NCBI GenBank assembly: GCA_020137815.1
Contig: CM035362.1
Span: 2,852,001 to 2,916,000 of the forward strand
Direction: 5' to 3'
Length of the DNA: 64,000 nt
Source: Hormiphora californensis
Taxonomy: Eukaryota; Animalia; Ctenophora
Below, piece by piece: positions 39,701-50,420 of the stretch; the stretch's first letter is position 1; each line of letters opens with the position of its first letter. The translations under genes and the position numbers were made by a program. The notes beneath the pieces are model-generated. The model ran no database searches. It was not told the DNA's origin and saw nothing but the letters and a program-made list of their open reading frames with translations.

Positions 39701-42700
39701 TTTAGTAAAACATTGCTCAATCACATCATCTGAGAGAATAAATACATTGTGTCGAAGTCCGAGCTCTCTACTCCCTCTACTTCTCAAGATATAGGGACCC
39801 GAATATTAGCACCTCCTAATTGGTTATGGTAAGAGGAGGAGACCAGTATTACAGATTACAGGTAAACACGAGCCTGTTTATATGTCATTATCTCAGCTAA
39901 TACACATGCGATTTTGACCGGGTTTTTTTCTAAAAACTTTAAGACCACTTCTAGTTTCCGTTTTTTGTTTCCATTTGTCTCTAGTCTTGTCTCATGAATA
40001 GATAGAACTATAACTAAGCAAGACCGTGATTTTTTTGAAATGTATGCCTTCTTAGAACAATATTATCATGGTATTCAGTAACTAATGTCAATCAGACTTG
40101 GCTGTACTTCCTCAATTTTACATACAAATTGTTAATATTTAGCCCATAGTCAATAACATAGTCAATAGTTATTAACTATTCAGCCCTGAAATGAATATTG
40201 TATCCTAGGAGAGTATAAACTGAAAAATTTATCCAACTAATTGGTATAAAAGGCATAACCACTAGACCCGACTAATTTTGATACGTTGAATCACGTGAGC
40301 AACTTTGGCAAGCGCTCAGGGGTGGAGAAAGTGCCCTAATTGAGCATAATCGGGGCTAATTGATCGTAACTGTAACTTATCGCATGAAAATATTATCAAT
40401 TCATGTGAGAGCACTATTCCCACTAATTTTGATACGCTGAATCACGTAAGCGGCTTTTCCAAGCCGTCAGAGGTGAAGAAAGTGTCCTAATTGAGCATAA
40501 TTCAGTCTAATTGGCGATAATTGCATTTTCAACTGGAAATGCTGAAAGATCGCATGTGAGGGCACTTTACACACTAATTTTGATACGCTGAATCACATGA
40601 ACAACTTTTCCAAGTCCTTAGAGGTCGGCAAAGTGCCCTAATTGACCATAATTGACCATAATTGACAATGCACTCCAGTTCACCTCAAACTGCAATGTTT
40701 ACTTGTTTATTTACTGATATTTTTGGTCATTCTGATACATCATAAGAAAATACTAAAAATTTAAAACATTTCTCACTTCCAGAAAAAAATCCGGTCAAAA
40801 TCGTGCATGTGAAAGTTGAGATATTGACAGATAAACAGACTCGTGTTTACATGTAATTTGCAATACAACTCTCCCCCTTTACCATAACCAATTACGAAGT
40901 GCTAAAAGGTGGGGCCCTATATCTTGAGAACGAGAGGGAGTAGAGAGTTCGCACTTCGACTAATCCTATTTTTATCTCCCAACCAGTTACCACACCCAGG
41001 ATCGTTGAAAAAGTCAAAATTTTTTGAATATGTCAGTATCCCTTTAACAATGCTAAAAAAGCTTTTGATGGAAGTCTGAAAACCATCGCCCATTCGAAAT
41101 GCAATTCGGTAGGAGATCCAATTTGGTTGAAACTGACACTTAGTAAGCATGCAGTGGTAACTCAATTGACGGTGTGGCCATCCCATTTGGAAAATGTATA
41201 TAAGTGGAGATTCAAGGGTACAAAAGTCTACGTAGGTCACGAAGGAGAAGAACGGTATTGTGGCGCTGTCACCATCCCTACTGATCAGACCAGTTCTGAT
41301 ATTGTTTGTGAATCTCCTATCATTGGAAATGAGGTGGTGTTCCGACAACAAAAGGATAAAGATGCTTGTATTCACTTGAGGGAGGTAGAATGTTTTGGTA
41401 CCACAATTGAAGGCCTTGAATTCAAGTCTGGAGAGATGTCGTCGGTGTATGAAAATTTTACATCTCAGTTAGCCTTTGATGGAAATTTTGTTACCTTGGC
41501 CCACACAATATGCAACTCGATAGGAGATGAAGTTTGGATGAGGCTTGTTCTTTTTGATGAGTCGATGGTGATTGGACTTACCGTTTGGCCAACTCATTTG
41601 GAAGTCGGGGAACAGTGGAGGTTCAATGGTGCAAAAATCTACGTACGTCACGAAGGAGAAGAACGGTATTGTGGCGCTGTCACCATCCCTACTGATCAGA
41701 CCAGTTCTGATATTATTTGTGAATCTCCTCTCATTGGAAATGAGGTGGTGTTCCGACAACAAAAGGAAGCTGGAAAAGGTGCTTGTATCCATGTGTATGA
41801 GGTGAAAGCTTACGGCTTAATACTACTTTCACTTCGACGTAAGTACAATATCGTATACTGGGCACGTATACTAAATTGTAATGGTGTTAATTATGTCAAT
41901 TATATATTCATGTTAATTATGATGTTAATCATGTTAATTATGATGTTAATTACTGTCATGTTGTCTTAAATTCCATGTTAACCCACGGGCTACACGGGTT
42001 AGCATGGAACCGTTTAAACACTTGTCTTTAGAGAGTTGTACTATGTGCTTATCGCAATGTTTTATATTGGGGGATATAAGTGAGGGATATGAATATAAGT
42101 TGGGTACTATAATCTGGTTCAGATACACCAGGTAAATTCGTGTCTTGATTAAAATTAGAGTTGTAACCAGATATCTTACGGCGCAATGAGTTTTCATCTT
42201 CTATTGGATATAATCATTAATCAGGTTAGATTTTTGCTGCTATCCGAAAATATTTGTTCAGCAAATTAAAATCACTCTTTTGAATTAAATATCCATTATA
42301 CATTGCCTGTATGAAAAGAATGCAATGTAAAGATTTAAAAAGTAGCTAAGTAGCTAAAGCGTGAAATCATATGACAACCTTTCCATCCGATTAATAATTA
42401 TAACTCCCCTCCATCCAGAAACTACAAGGCGTGCTCACTGATCATACTTGGTGATTTGTTCTCTTAACCCTTTTGAAGTACTGGAGGGTCATGGGACCGT
42501 GTTGGATCTTAAGGAAATCAACAAACGAAAAAAAAATCATAACAGGTATAATTAGAACTATATTGCTACCTAATTACCAACTAAATACTACCTAATTACC
42601 ACCTAATTGTCAAATAATTACTACCGGCAGGTCGGAAGAATCTCGACACCGAAATATATATGTATTTCAAATACATATGTATTTCAAATACACATGTCTA

Positions 42701-45109
42701 TTTCAACTGAAATATATATGTATTTCAAATACTAATGAGGGGGATGGACATGTGATACGATTCTGGAACGCCTTATTAGCAGTGGGAGACAATACGGGAT
42801 GTGAACCATGTGATTCGGGGAAGCTTATTAGCAGTAGGAGACGATACGAGATATGGAACATGATTCGGGGAAGCCAATCAAGAGTGTTAGACGATATGAG
42901 ACACGATTCGGGGAAGGTTTCTATCGCTTTCCATCCCTATGACCCTATCCACATCGCTGTGTCTCTCTGTCTGTCTCTCTTTCTTTCGAATGAGAAAAGA
43001 CAGTTGAGCTCCGTGGAAATAGGTTTCGTCGCTTTCCTAGCAGGTAGATGTAGGCGGTAAGCGGACTCTAGTGCTAAAATCACGAAAAGCGAACTCGAGA
43101 TTTCGGCCGTTAGGCCGGAAACGAGAGTTTGCTGTGCCTCTATACTCGTTTAGAAGTGTTAGGGCTGTTATTTGGGTTCGAGGTTAGGGTTTAGTGTAAA
43201 GGTTAGGGCTAGATATAGAGTCCTCCTTGGGTTTATATATAGAGTCCGTTAGCACTAGTGACTAGAGTCCGCCTACCAGATGTAGGCACCTAGCCTCTCG
43301 GTCGTTTCTTGCAGATTGTCGGTTTAGCTAGAGAAACCGGATTGGAAGGAGGTGGCGGCATTGAAGGACTAATGGTCAGGGAGGTCAAGAAGATATCATC
43401 CATTCAATTCGCATGGCTAAACCGTGTCTTTTCTCATATCATTCGGTAAAAAGTTATGGGTATCTCTCTTTCTCCATGTTTCTCTTTCTCCCTTCGAGAA
43501 AGTGAGAGAGAAAGAGGGAGATAGAGAAAGAAAGAGAGACACAGAGATGTGGATAGGGTCATAGAGATGGAAAGCGATAGAAACCTTCCCCAAATCGTGT
43601 CTCATATCGTCTAACACTCTTGATTGGCTTCCTCGAATCATGTTCCATATCTCGTATCGTCTCCTACTGCTAATAAGCTTCCCCGAATCACATGGTTCAT
43701 ATCCCGTATTGTCTCCCACTGCTAATAAGGCGTTCCAGAATCGTATCACATGTCCATCCCCCTCATTAGCATTTGAAATACATATATATTTCAGTTGAAA
43801 TAGACATGTGTATTTGAAATACATATGTATTTGAAATACATATATATTTCGGTGTCGAGATTCTTCCGACCTGCCAATTACTACCCAATTACCAATTAAT
43901 TACCAACTAATTACCCCTAATTACTACCTAATTACCACCTAATTACTACCTAATTACCACATAATTAACAACTAATTACTTCCTAATTACCTCCTAATTA
44001 ACAACTAATTACCTCCAGATCATCCTCATCAACAGTATCATCGATCATTGAGTAATCCTCGGTTAGGGCAACACTGGAAACACTGGCAGCAACACTGGTA
44101 GACCTCTCCACTGCAGCAACATCATTGTCAGGTGTCATCATCACTTCATCTTCTTCAACCACTCTGTTTTCCTGTGGTGAAAAGGTGAGTTTCTGAGGTG
44201 CTGTTCAATTTTCAAAGTTTGAATTATGATATACTCTAAAAACGAGCATCGTAAAAAATATCTTCTAACCAGTAAACCGTTTTCTCTAACATGTTTTCCC
44301 ACCACAGAACGTTGTGTGATATTATGTACTCTCCGGCCTACCTTGGGCTGTTTAGCCGCAACCAGAAGATGTTTCTTGGACTTGGTGTGAGTTGAGAACG
44401 CGTTATCAGAGTTGAACTTCTTCCTGGACAATTATAGGGATTGTAGATGGAAAAACTTTAATTGGACGATGTTTGGAAAACTTGAAATGATGCGATTTAG
44501 AATAATTGCTTTGGGGATATACCACCTCTCCTAAAACATTATATTATGGCGAACCACTTTTATACTAGACGCATACAACGTAAAATTATTTATTGGGAAT
44601 GTAAAATGTAAGAGTACAATTTCGCAATTACACATTTGGGTGGCAAGTTCCATTTTCAAAAAACAGTGTTGTTGGCTTTCAAACCTGCAGATCTGACAGT
44701 AGAAGTTGTGTGCTTTTTCAGCATCTGATTCCTTCTGTTTCTGCTCAATTACTTTTGTCTTGAATTCTTCAGGGTTAACTGGTGGAAGGGAGACCACCTG
44801 AAGGTCGCAAAGTTATTGTCATGTTCTGGGACCCAGCCTCGACCCTCTCCCATCAGTGTTCCAGTGTGTGGTGAGAAAGGGTCGGGCAAGATTTAAGTTT
44901 AAAAAGCAAGTTGTATACAGTAAAATATTATAACCAACATACTACATGTATTATTTAAGAATGTTACAAACTAAATTTTCTAAAAAACTAACCTTCCTCT
45001 TCAGGTTATACCAGTGCCAGTCGGATTTGTGATGTTGCCTTTGAAGGGAGCTATCCTTGAAACTTACACAGCATGTTAAACATGTGTAGCTCTCACTCGC
45101 GGCTGACAT
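33773..45109 (-). CDS. ZNF622: Cytoplasmic pre-60S factor ZNF622/Rei1, ~9 exons, with two large introns that contain nested genes
   Basis: MSAASESYTCLTCCVSF...QRQHHKSDWHWYNLKRKVVSLPPV; CQICRKKFNSDNAFSTHTKSKKH; CLFCCH...NLKHMTTKHSFYIPDPEYLSDIEGFITYLG; AVQKHMVDKGHC; DYYDFSSSYPD; LVLPTGARVGHRSMKIYFKQNL; C-terminal ANKFQTYFRPQVIF*. Confidence 0.92.
33932..34370. repeat. 30-bp minisatellite, ~14 copies, at the 3' end of the last ZNF622 intron
   Basis: Unit aatagtatcaattgttagggatagtaattgtaa-like, with 30-nt period. Confidence 0.92.
34459..34711. repeat. ~120-bp-arm inverted repeat in a ZNF622 intron (three units in the inverted copy at 29485-30015)
   Basis: gaagctttttccatcggtatgacaacacagc...ggaggaaactg / cagtttcctcc...gctgtgttgtcataccgatggaaaaagcttc. 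Confidence 0.8.
36278..37554 (+). CDS. Secreted F-type-lectin/F5-F8-like (galactose-binding fold) protein, nested antisense in a ZNF622 intron, 4 exons
   Basis: Signal peptide MAMISLPVVTILILLA; KAIDGNLVTYFQS; RND...IAGTRVYL; ILCGKI...VTVNC; VMVIAEVYV. An apparent frameshift near 36480 may be a sequence error. A degraded inverted copy lies at ~21880-23290. Confidence 0.6.
36842..36950. mobile_element. 109-bp hAT MITE copy
   Basis: TIRs and 8-bp TSD GTAGCCAG. Confidence 0.88.
39540..41969 (+). pseudogene. Intronless secreted protein with two tandem F-type-lectin/discoidin-like domains, nested antisense in a ZNF622 intron and disrupted by a transposon at 39665-41043
   Basis: Signal peptide MFGLTLLSLVLVTGLLVPSEG. 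Removing the insert and one TTAA restores IQFKSGKFSSTL-NNAKKAFDGSLKTIAHSKCNSVGDPIWLKLTL, which aligns with domain 2 (LEFKSGEMSSVYENFTSQLAFDGNFVTLAHTICNSIGDEVWMRLVL). Confidence 0.75.
39665..41043. mobile_element. 1379-bp Kolobok-like non-autonomous element inserted in a coding exon
   Basis: TTAA|agggatactgacatattcaaa...tttgaatatgtcagtatccct|TTAA; long sub-terminal inverted repeats; three ~150-bp internal direct repeats (40270-40660). Confidence 0.9.
42626..43875. mobile_element. Mutator-like non-autonomous element (~340-bp TIRs, 10-bp TSD AATTACTACC)
   Basis: aattactacc|ggcaggtcggaagaatctcgac...gtcgagattcttccgacctgcc|aattactacc. The flank is itself repetitive, so the TSD length is less certain. 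Confidence 0.8.
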
Positions 45110-45584
45110 GACGCTAACTAGAAGGGATCAGGGGTTGAGTTTTGTTGACGAGGGGGATTTAGTGGAATTGGCTGACAGACTTACAATGCTCTGACCGCTG
45201 TTCTAGTTGTCATGTTCAAACCCTTCTTTACATTTTCAGAGCGCATGGAAAGAAGGTCGAGCAAGGCCATGTTCTCGCACGATTTGAGAACAGGGCCAGT
45301 GCAATGCTCTGACAGGTTATTGGTAGTAGGGGTAATATTATGTCATTATTAAGTTGGGTAATAAAACAGCGATATCCCGAATAAATATTTCAATTCAAAA
45401 ACACACGAAAAACAACAGAATAAACCACACCCCGACTACATGTATTGAATTGTGATCTAAACACATGTGATGTACAATCTTTGAGTAGTAGACAACAACA
45501 CGTGACTACTAAAAGTGAGTTTGTTACTTTTACTAAAGAGAGAGCAAAAGAAAGATTGTTATAATAACTAATGCGAGAGCTGTT

Positions 45585-47099
45585 TTACCAGAACTTGGTT
45601 GAAATATTGTTTCTTAGCATCAGCACCATCACCCCCGTAACACCAGCACAATAACACCCCAACACAACCATTCCACCCGCCATTCCAACCTCCCCAGTTT
45701 TTAAAGTTAGATTAACTAACCCGGTCAACACATTGCCTATCAGGAAAAAGAAGAGTTGGTTTTTGTTAATCGCTGTCAGGATACAAGCACATTCCTTTAT
45801 GTTGTAGTCCTTTATGTCACGGTCCTTCATGTCGCATTTCTCTCTATTCTCCTCACTAGTGGTTGCATTATTCACACAGCTCCGTCTCGGACATCCCTCA
45901 CAGCCGCACGCAGGTGACGAGTTTGGCAGGCTCGCAGCAATTAGATCAGCTACCAGCGCTAAAGATAACAAGAAAGTGTTGTGGGCAAGTTGCCAAGTTA
46001 TATACCCCAGATTGGCCATCATCCTACTAGACTGCTCCCACTGGGTGTGGGTCAACCAGGCCGAGAAGGAGAAGGCAGTTGTGGTGAGAGTTAGGGCGTG
46101 GAGGGTGGTAAGCTGGCACTTCCATGTTCCGGTCATCTCGGGTCGGAAGAGGTACCGTCCTAACTGGACCCCAACCAGGTAAAGAGAACAAAACCCAATG
46201 GATGAGAATATTCCAGGCCGGTTGGAGTTGAGGAAGGAGCCATTGTGGAGACCAGACCCATCATCCCCGGTTAAAATCCAGTCTTTCAGGGAAAAGACAG
46301 AGAGGCCAAACTGATAAACAATCCCAAGTATGATCCCTAAAATCCCTGAAAATCGAGGGAATGGAAATACACAAAACACAGTCGTTACCAGGATTTTCAC
46401 CGCGGCCAAAGTAAAAAAGAAGTTCCAGTGTTTTCCATATTCATCTTCTGAGACGGCATAGTTGGTTATCCAGGTCACAAACAACCTCGCCAAACCAAGG
46501 AGAAGGAGCACAGAGCTTGAGACAACAGTGGTTCTAATTCGTTTCATGAAAGACAGCCCCTTTTCTTTGTGTCTAGCCTCCGCCGAGACAAGAGCATGAG
46601 AAAAGACAAATGATCCAACGCCAGAGTCCATGATTGAAAACCCCCGGGTGTAGCGTTTGTGGAACCCAAATGGAAAAAGGGCGGGAAAATCTACCGCTAG
46701 GATGACTATTACAGTACACAAGTTAACAAGAGCTCGATAAGAGTTGATATAAGATAGACCAAAACTTTCCAGGGGATATGGAATGGAGGTCGATTGGGGA
46801 AGGTTGAGTTTTCGAGCTGAGCACAGGATTATAAGTAGCAGGGAAACAATGTAGACTGGGATTTGAGTTGCGAAAACTGTGAATGACATTAGAATGGGCA
46901 TCACGACGACGGTAAAGTCGAATAGAAACTGTTCCCATATCTGAAGCCTATTAAACCTTGTCCGAAGAAATGACCGTAAAATAAGACAAATGGGGCCGAT
47001 GGAAAGTGTTGCTGCAATTTCCACCATAGAATCTTGTGAGGAAATCCATTGAGGGCTTTCTCTGAACACCTTTTCGAGATAATCTCGCGGGGAGGACAT
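45585..47099 (-). CDS. PIGW: GPI inositol acyltransferase PIG-W/GWT1, single exon, 504 aa
   Basis: YRALVNLCTVIVILAVDFP, SIMDSGVGSFVFSHALVS, EYGKHWNFFFTLA, NRPGIFSSIGF, SRMMANLGY, AINKNQLFFFLIGNVLTGLVNL; multi-pass hydrophobic. Confidence 0.93.
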   Translation of the reverse strand: MSSPRDYLEKVFRESPQWISSQDSMVEIAATLSIGPICLILRSFLRTRFNRLQIWEQFLFDFTVVVMPILMSFTVFATQIPVYIVSLLLIILCSARKLNLPQSTSIPYPLESFGLSYINSYRALVNLCTVIVILAVDFPALFPFGFHKRYTRGFSIMDSGVGSFVFSHALVSAEARHKEKGLSFMKRIRTTVVSSSVLLLLGLARLFVTWITNYAVSEDEYGKHWNFFFTLAAVKILVTTVFCVFPFPRFSGILGIILGIVYQFGLSVFSLKDWILTGDDGSGLHNGSFLNSNRPGIFSSIGFCSLYLVGVQLGRYLFRPEMTGTWKCQLTTLHALTLTTTAFSFSAWLTHTQWEQSSRMMANLGYITWQLAHNTFLLSLALVADLIAASLPNSSPACGCEGCPRRSCVNNATTSEENREKCDMKDRDIKDYNIKECACILTAINKNQLFFFLIGNVLTGLVNLTLKTGEVGMAGGMVVLGCYCAGVTGVMVLMLRNNISTKFW

Positions 47100-48013
47100 T
47101 TCTGAAAAGGGCTTGCGGTTAATTCAGGAAATTGAAATTGTGCAAAACATTGAAATCGCAAAATGAACTGAAAACCCAGGGACCGAGCTGGGCCTCTGTG
47201 TCCGGGATGTGGGGTCTGGGGCCAGGGGCGGTAGCCAGGGTCATGGAGAGTGGGGGAACGTGGGAAAGCAGCCCCGGCGGGGTGAAGGGGACGCCAGGGG
47301 CGAAGAAAGCCTGAGTCCAGTGGGTCCAGGGCCCACTTTTTGGACGAGAGAGGAGAATTTAATAGAAAAACTAGCCGTAAAACGGAAAAATTCAACAAAA
47401 AAAAGTTAAAAATGAGCTGCACCTGGAGGACGAAATTTGCTAAAAAATGCTGCACGCGGCGCGGTTTTGATTTGCGCGTGAGAGGAAATCGAACAGGAAC
47501 GTACGTGCATCAATCCTGCGCGCGTCCTCTGCAGCCATTCCACAAGAATTGCTCCGCGCGTGACGCAAAACACTGTCTGTCAAGTGTGACATGAGAGATT
47601 GCCACTACGAGCAATGTCACATTCACGGTACATGCTCATTGTGCATGATACTAAATACATATTACATACAACACTTGGGACATTCGACCCTCCCATTTCC
47701 GTTCCAAGATCAAACTGAAACTCGGCCTTTTAATTGAAGGAAGAAGGTTTATAATTCGTTTACAAGATGTGAGATAAGATTTGCATAAAATTTGGCAGTC
47801 AAACGAAATAAAGCCGACCCCTTGGCACGCTCCGCAACTATAATTGTGATCTGATCCCTTGAGCCACTTGAATACACTACTACACAGAAATACACTCAGC
47901 TTCCACACTACTAATATAAGCAAAAACAGCCCTCCATTGATACATTTCCTGGCACCCACAAATACAATGCTCATCAGGTTTCTCGACCCGGAACTCAGCA
48001 GTCTATTATTAAC

Positions 48014-49636
48014 TCATTTGATGTATTTTGTAAGGAATTTCTTGTGGAACTCAGATCGAATTGTGTCGTTGATGAACCGGTCTGCTTTGTCATCGTCAAC
48101 TCCTTTGGCACAATTCTTGAACACAACATCGTCATCCCACCTACGAGAAAGATTTTAATAAAACCTTCTAATTCCTTTAGGGAGTCCGGTAAATCGAGGG
48201 CTCTTGATTTGGAAATACTGAGCTGATAAAGAAATTCACTTTTTCGACATGCCTACCTCCTTTTGACGCTAAAATCTCCAGGAGCGGCAGCTGAAGTAGA
48301 GGGATTGCCGGGTGCGGCGGAGTTGGCAGGGTTATTCAGTAGCGGGTTACCACTGAGAATCGTCTCCTTTCTGATCCGTTCTTCCTCCGCTGCTCGTTCT
48401 ACCTCCTAAGATTAGTATACAATAGTCATGTACGTACATACATTGTACGGTTAGATTTACCGGGATTCTTAGGGGAACGGATTATGCCTGGTAAAACATG
48501 GTTCTAGTTAATCGAGGGGGGGTAAGTCATGGTCCGACTGTGTTATTCTAGGGTGTACTGCAGGATTTAACTTGTGCGAGTTCCAAACCTTTTTCTGGTG
48601 TTCGATGGCCCGTTCCTTTTTAATCTTGGCAAGTTCAGCAAGGAGGGTTTTAGTGTCGTCCTCATCATCACTACTCTCATCTAGAGGGGTGTTATAATGG
48701 GTGAGGTGGGGTGAAGTGCGTGAGGTGAGGTTAGAAACGGGGGTGAGGAGGGGTGTTATAATGTGTGGGGTGGGGTAGATTGGGGACAGGGGCAGTAAGA
48801 TAAGGGAGTTAGGTTAGAGGAGAATCAGAGGAGGGTGGGGGTAGAACAACAAACCTGAGGACGAATCAAATGGTTCATCTTGGTCCAATGTCTCTTTTGA
48901 TATCTCAGGGAGTGCTTTTCGTCTTGTGTCACCGCCAGTTCGGTGTCTCTTACTGTTCCGTTCCTTGTCAATGAGGTCCCGCTTCAGATCCCTTCCGGCT
49001 ACCTCCTCTCGGGTCTCCTGTCCGAGTTGCCTGGAATGAATTGTTCATAAACACACACAATCGATCAATTGTATTGTTCATTCGTTTAGTTTAACTACAC
49101 AAGGCCTGGAATTTCTCGCTCAGTCTCTTTTTTTTCTGTGCAGGAAAACAGTAATTCACCGTCTATAAATTGAAACACTTTAAGTTGTTGCAAACATATG
49201 TTTCATGATGTCAATGACACAAATCATCAGTGCTCAAATTAATTTGTTTAAAGTAGTGTTGAAAAGTTTGAACACTACTTTAAACAAATTAATTTGAGCA
49301 CTGATGATTGGTGTCATTGACATCATGAAACATATGTTTGCAACAACTTAAAGTGTTTCAATTTATATTCAGCTCCCTCTACACCCGGTCGAGCACTCTC
49401 GTGGCCGTCGCCGCCCCATTTTGTAATTCACCGTCTAGCTGACAAAACCAGAACAATTCCAAAAGTGTTCAATGTGTACCTGTATGCCCGTTCAATGTAA
49501 TGTACCTGTATTTTAGTTTGGTGTGGCCTGGTAAATCACGGGATGAATACTGTTTGCTAAGGGCTGACAAGTCCCCCTCACCTCGACCCGTTCCACCACG
49601 GGCCGGTTCAAATGTGGGACGGGCTGCTGTTGTCAT
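48014..49636 (-). CDS. CWC15: Spliceosome-associated protein CWC15, 5 exons
   Basis: [44 protein letters not shown]; [20 protein letters not shown]; ILSGNPLLN; [14 protein letters not shown]...[20 protein letters not shown]. Confidence 0.95.
49164..49366. repeat. ~200-bp near-perfect hairpin in CWC15 intron 1
   Basis: tataaattgaaacactttaagttg...aaagtagtgtt / aacactacttt...caacttaaagtgtttcaatttata. Confidence 0.85.
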
Positions 49637-49813
49637 GGTTACTACTATCAAGGGAGTGAGAGACAGATAATTAGGAAGGTAATTGTGTGAACGGGATCGG
49701 AGTTGGCAGTATCATGGGAGAGAAGATAGTGGTGATGGGAGTTTGGGGAAATTAACATTGCGAGAGATAGTTTGGAGTGGGAATGGAGTGAAAAGGTAAG
49801 AATGGGTTTCGAT

Positions 49814-49922
49814 CAGGAACCGACCGAAACAAGTAAACAACCAATCAGAACTCATTATTTAGGTCACGTGACTGGTTATCAGCCAATCAGGGACCAGTAT
49901 TTCCTGATTCGGTCGGTTTCTG
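49814..49922. mobile_element. 109-bp hAT MITE copy upstream of CWC15
   Basis: TIRs and 8-bp TSD GTTTCGAT. Confidence 0.88.
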
Positions 49923-50311
49923 GTTTCGATACCAAAGGGTTGGGGGTTCCAAATCTAGGGTCGGGGAATAATTCCAGCCCAGAGTATATAGCATGAGAGT
50001 CATGAGACGGATACGGAAACAATAAAGAAACAATTTAGTTGAACCAACTTTCAGAGAATATTATATGTGCTAAATTTGGTGTTACAGTCGTACCACGATT
50101 TACCGGCCGGATCTCGATTTTCCGGGATTGAATGAAATTTTACCTTTCAATACGGTGAGGTTTGACCACGGTAAATCGAGGTTTGACCACGGTAAATCGA
50201 GGTTTGACTGCATTATAGTCCTACACACACCACACAAATAAAAACACACCATATCAAACAACTCAGGTACTGCAGTACTGAGTAGGCGGACTCTTTTAAC
50301 CTGGTCCACCC

Positions 50312-50420
50312 CAGGAACCGACCGAAACAAGTGAACAACCAATCAGAACTCGTTATTTAGATCACGTGACTGGTTATCAGCCAATCAGGGACCAGTATTT
50401 CCTGATTCGGTCGGTTCCTG
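50312..50420. mobile_element. 109-bp hAT-type MITE (type copy); about 13 copies in the window
   Basis: 15-bp TIR caggaaccgaccgaa; perfect 8-bp TSDs GTCCACCC (here), GTTTCGAT (49814-49922), GTAGCCAG (36842-36950), TTTAAAAA (63855-63968). Other copies at ~12095, 15918, 16963, 22660, 31809, 50629, 55687, 57937 and 60941. Confidence 0.9.

Noticed and set aside
42677-43824. Pair of similar 127/135-aa ORFs on opposite strands
   Set aside because: They are the two TIR arms of one non-autonomous element; no transposase motifs.
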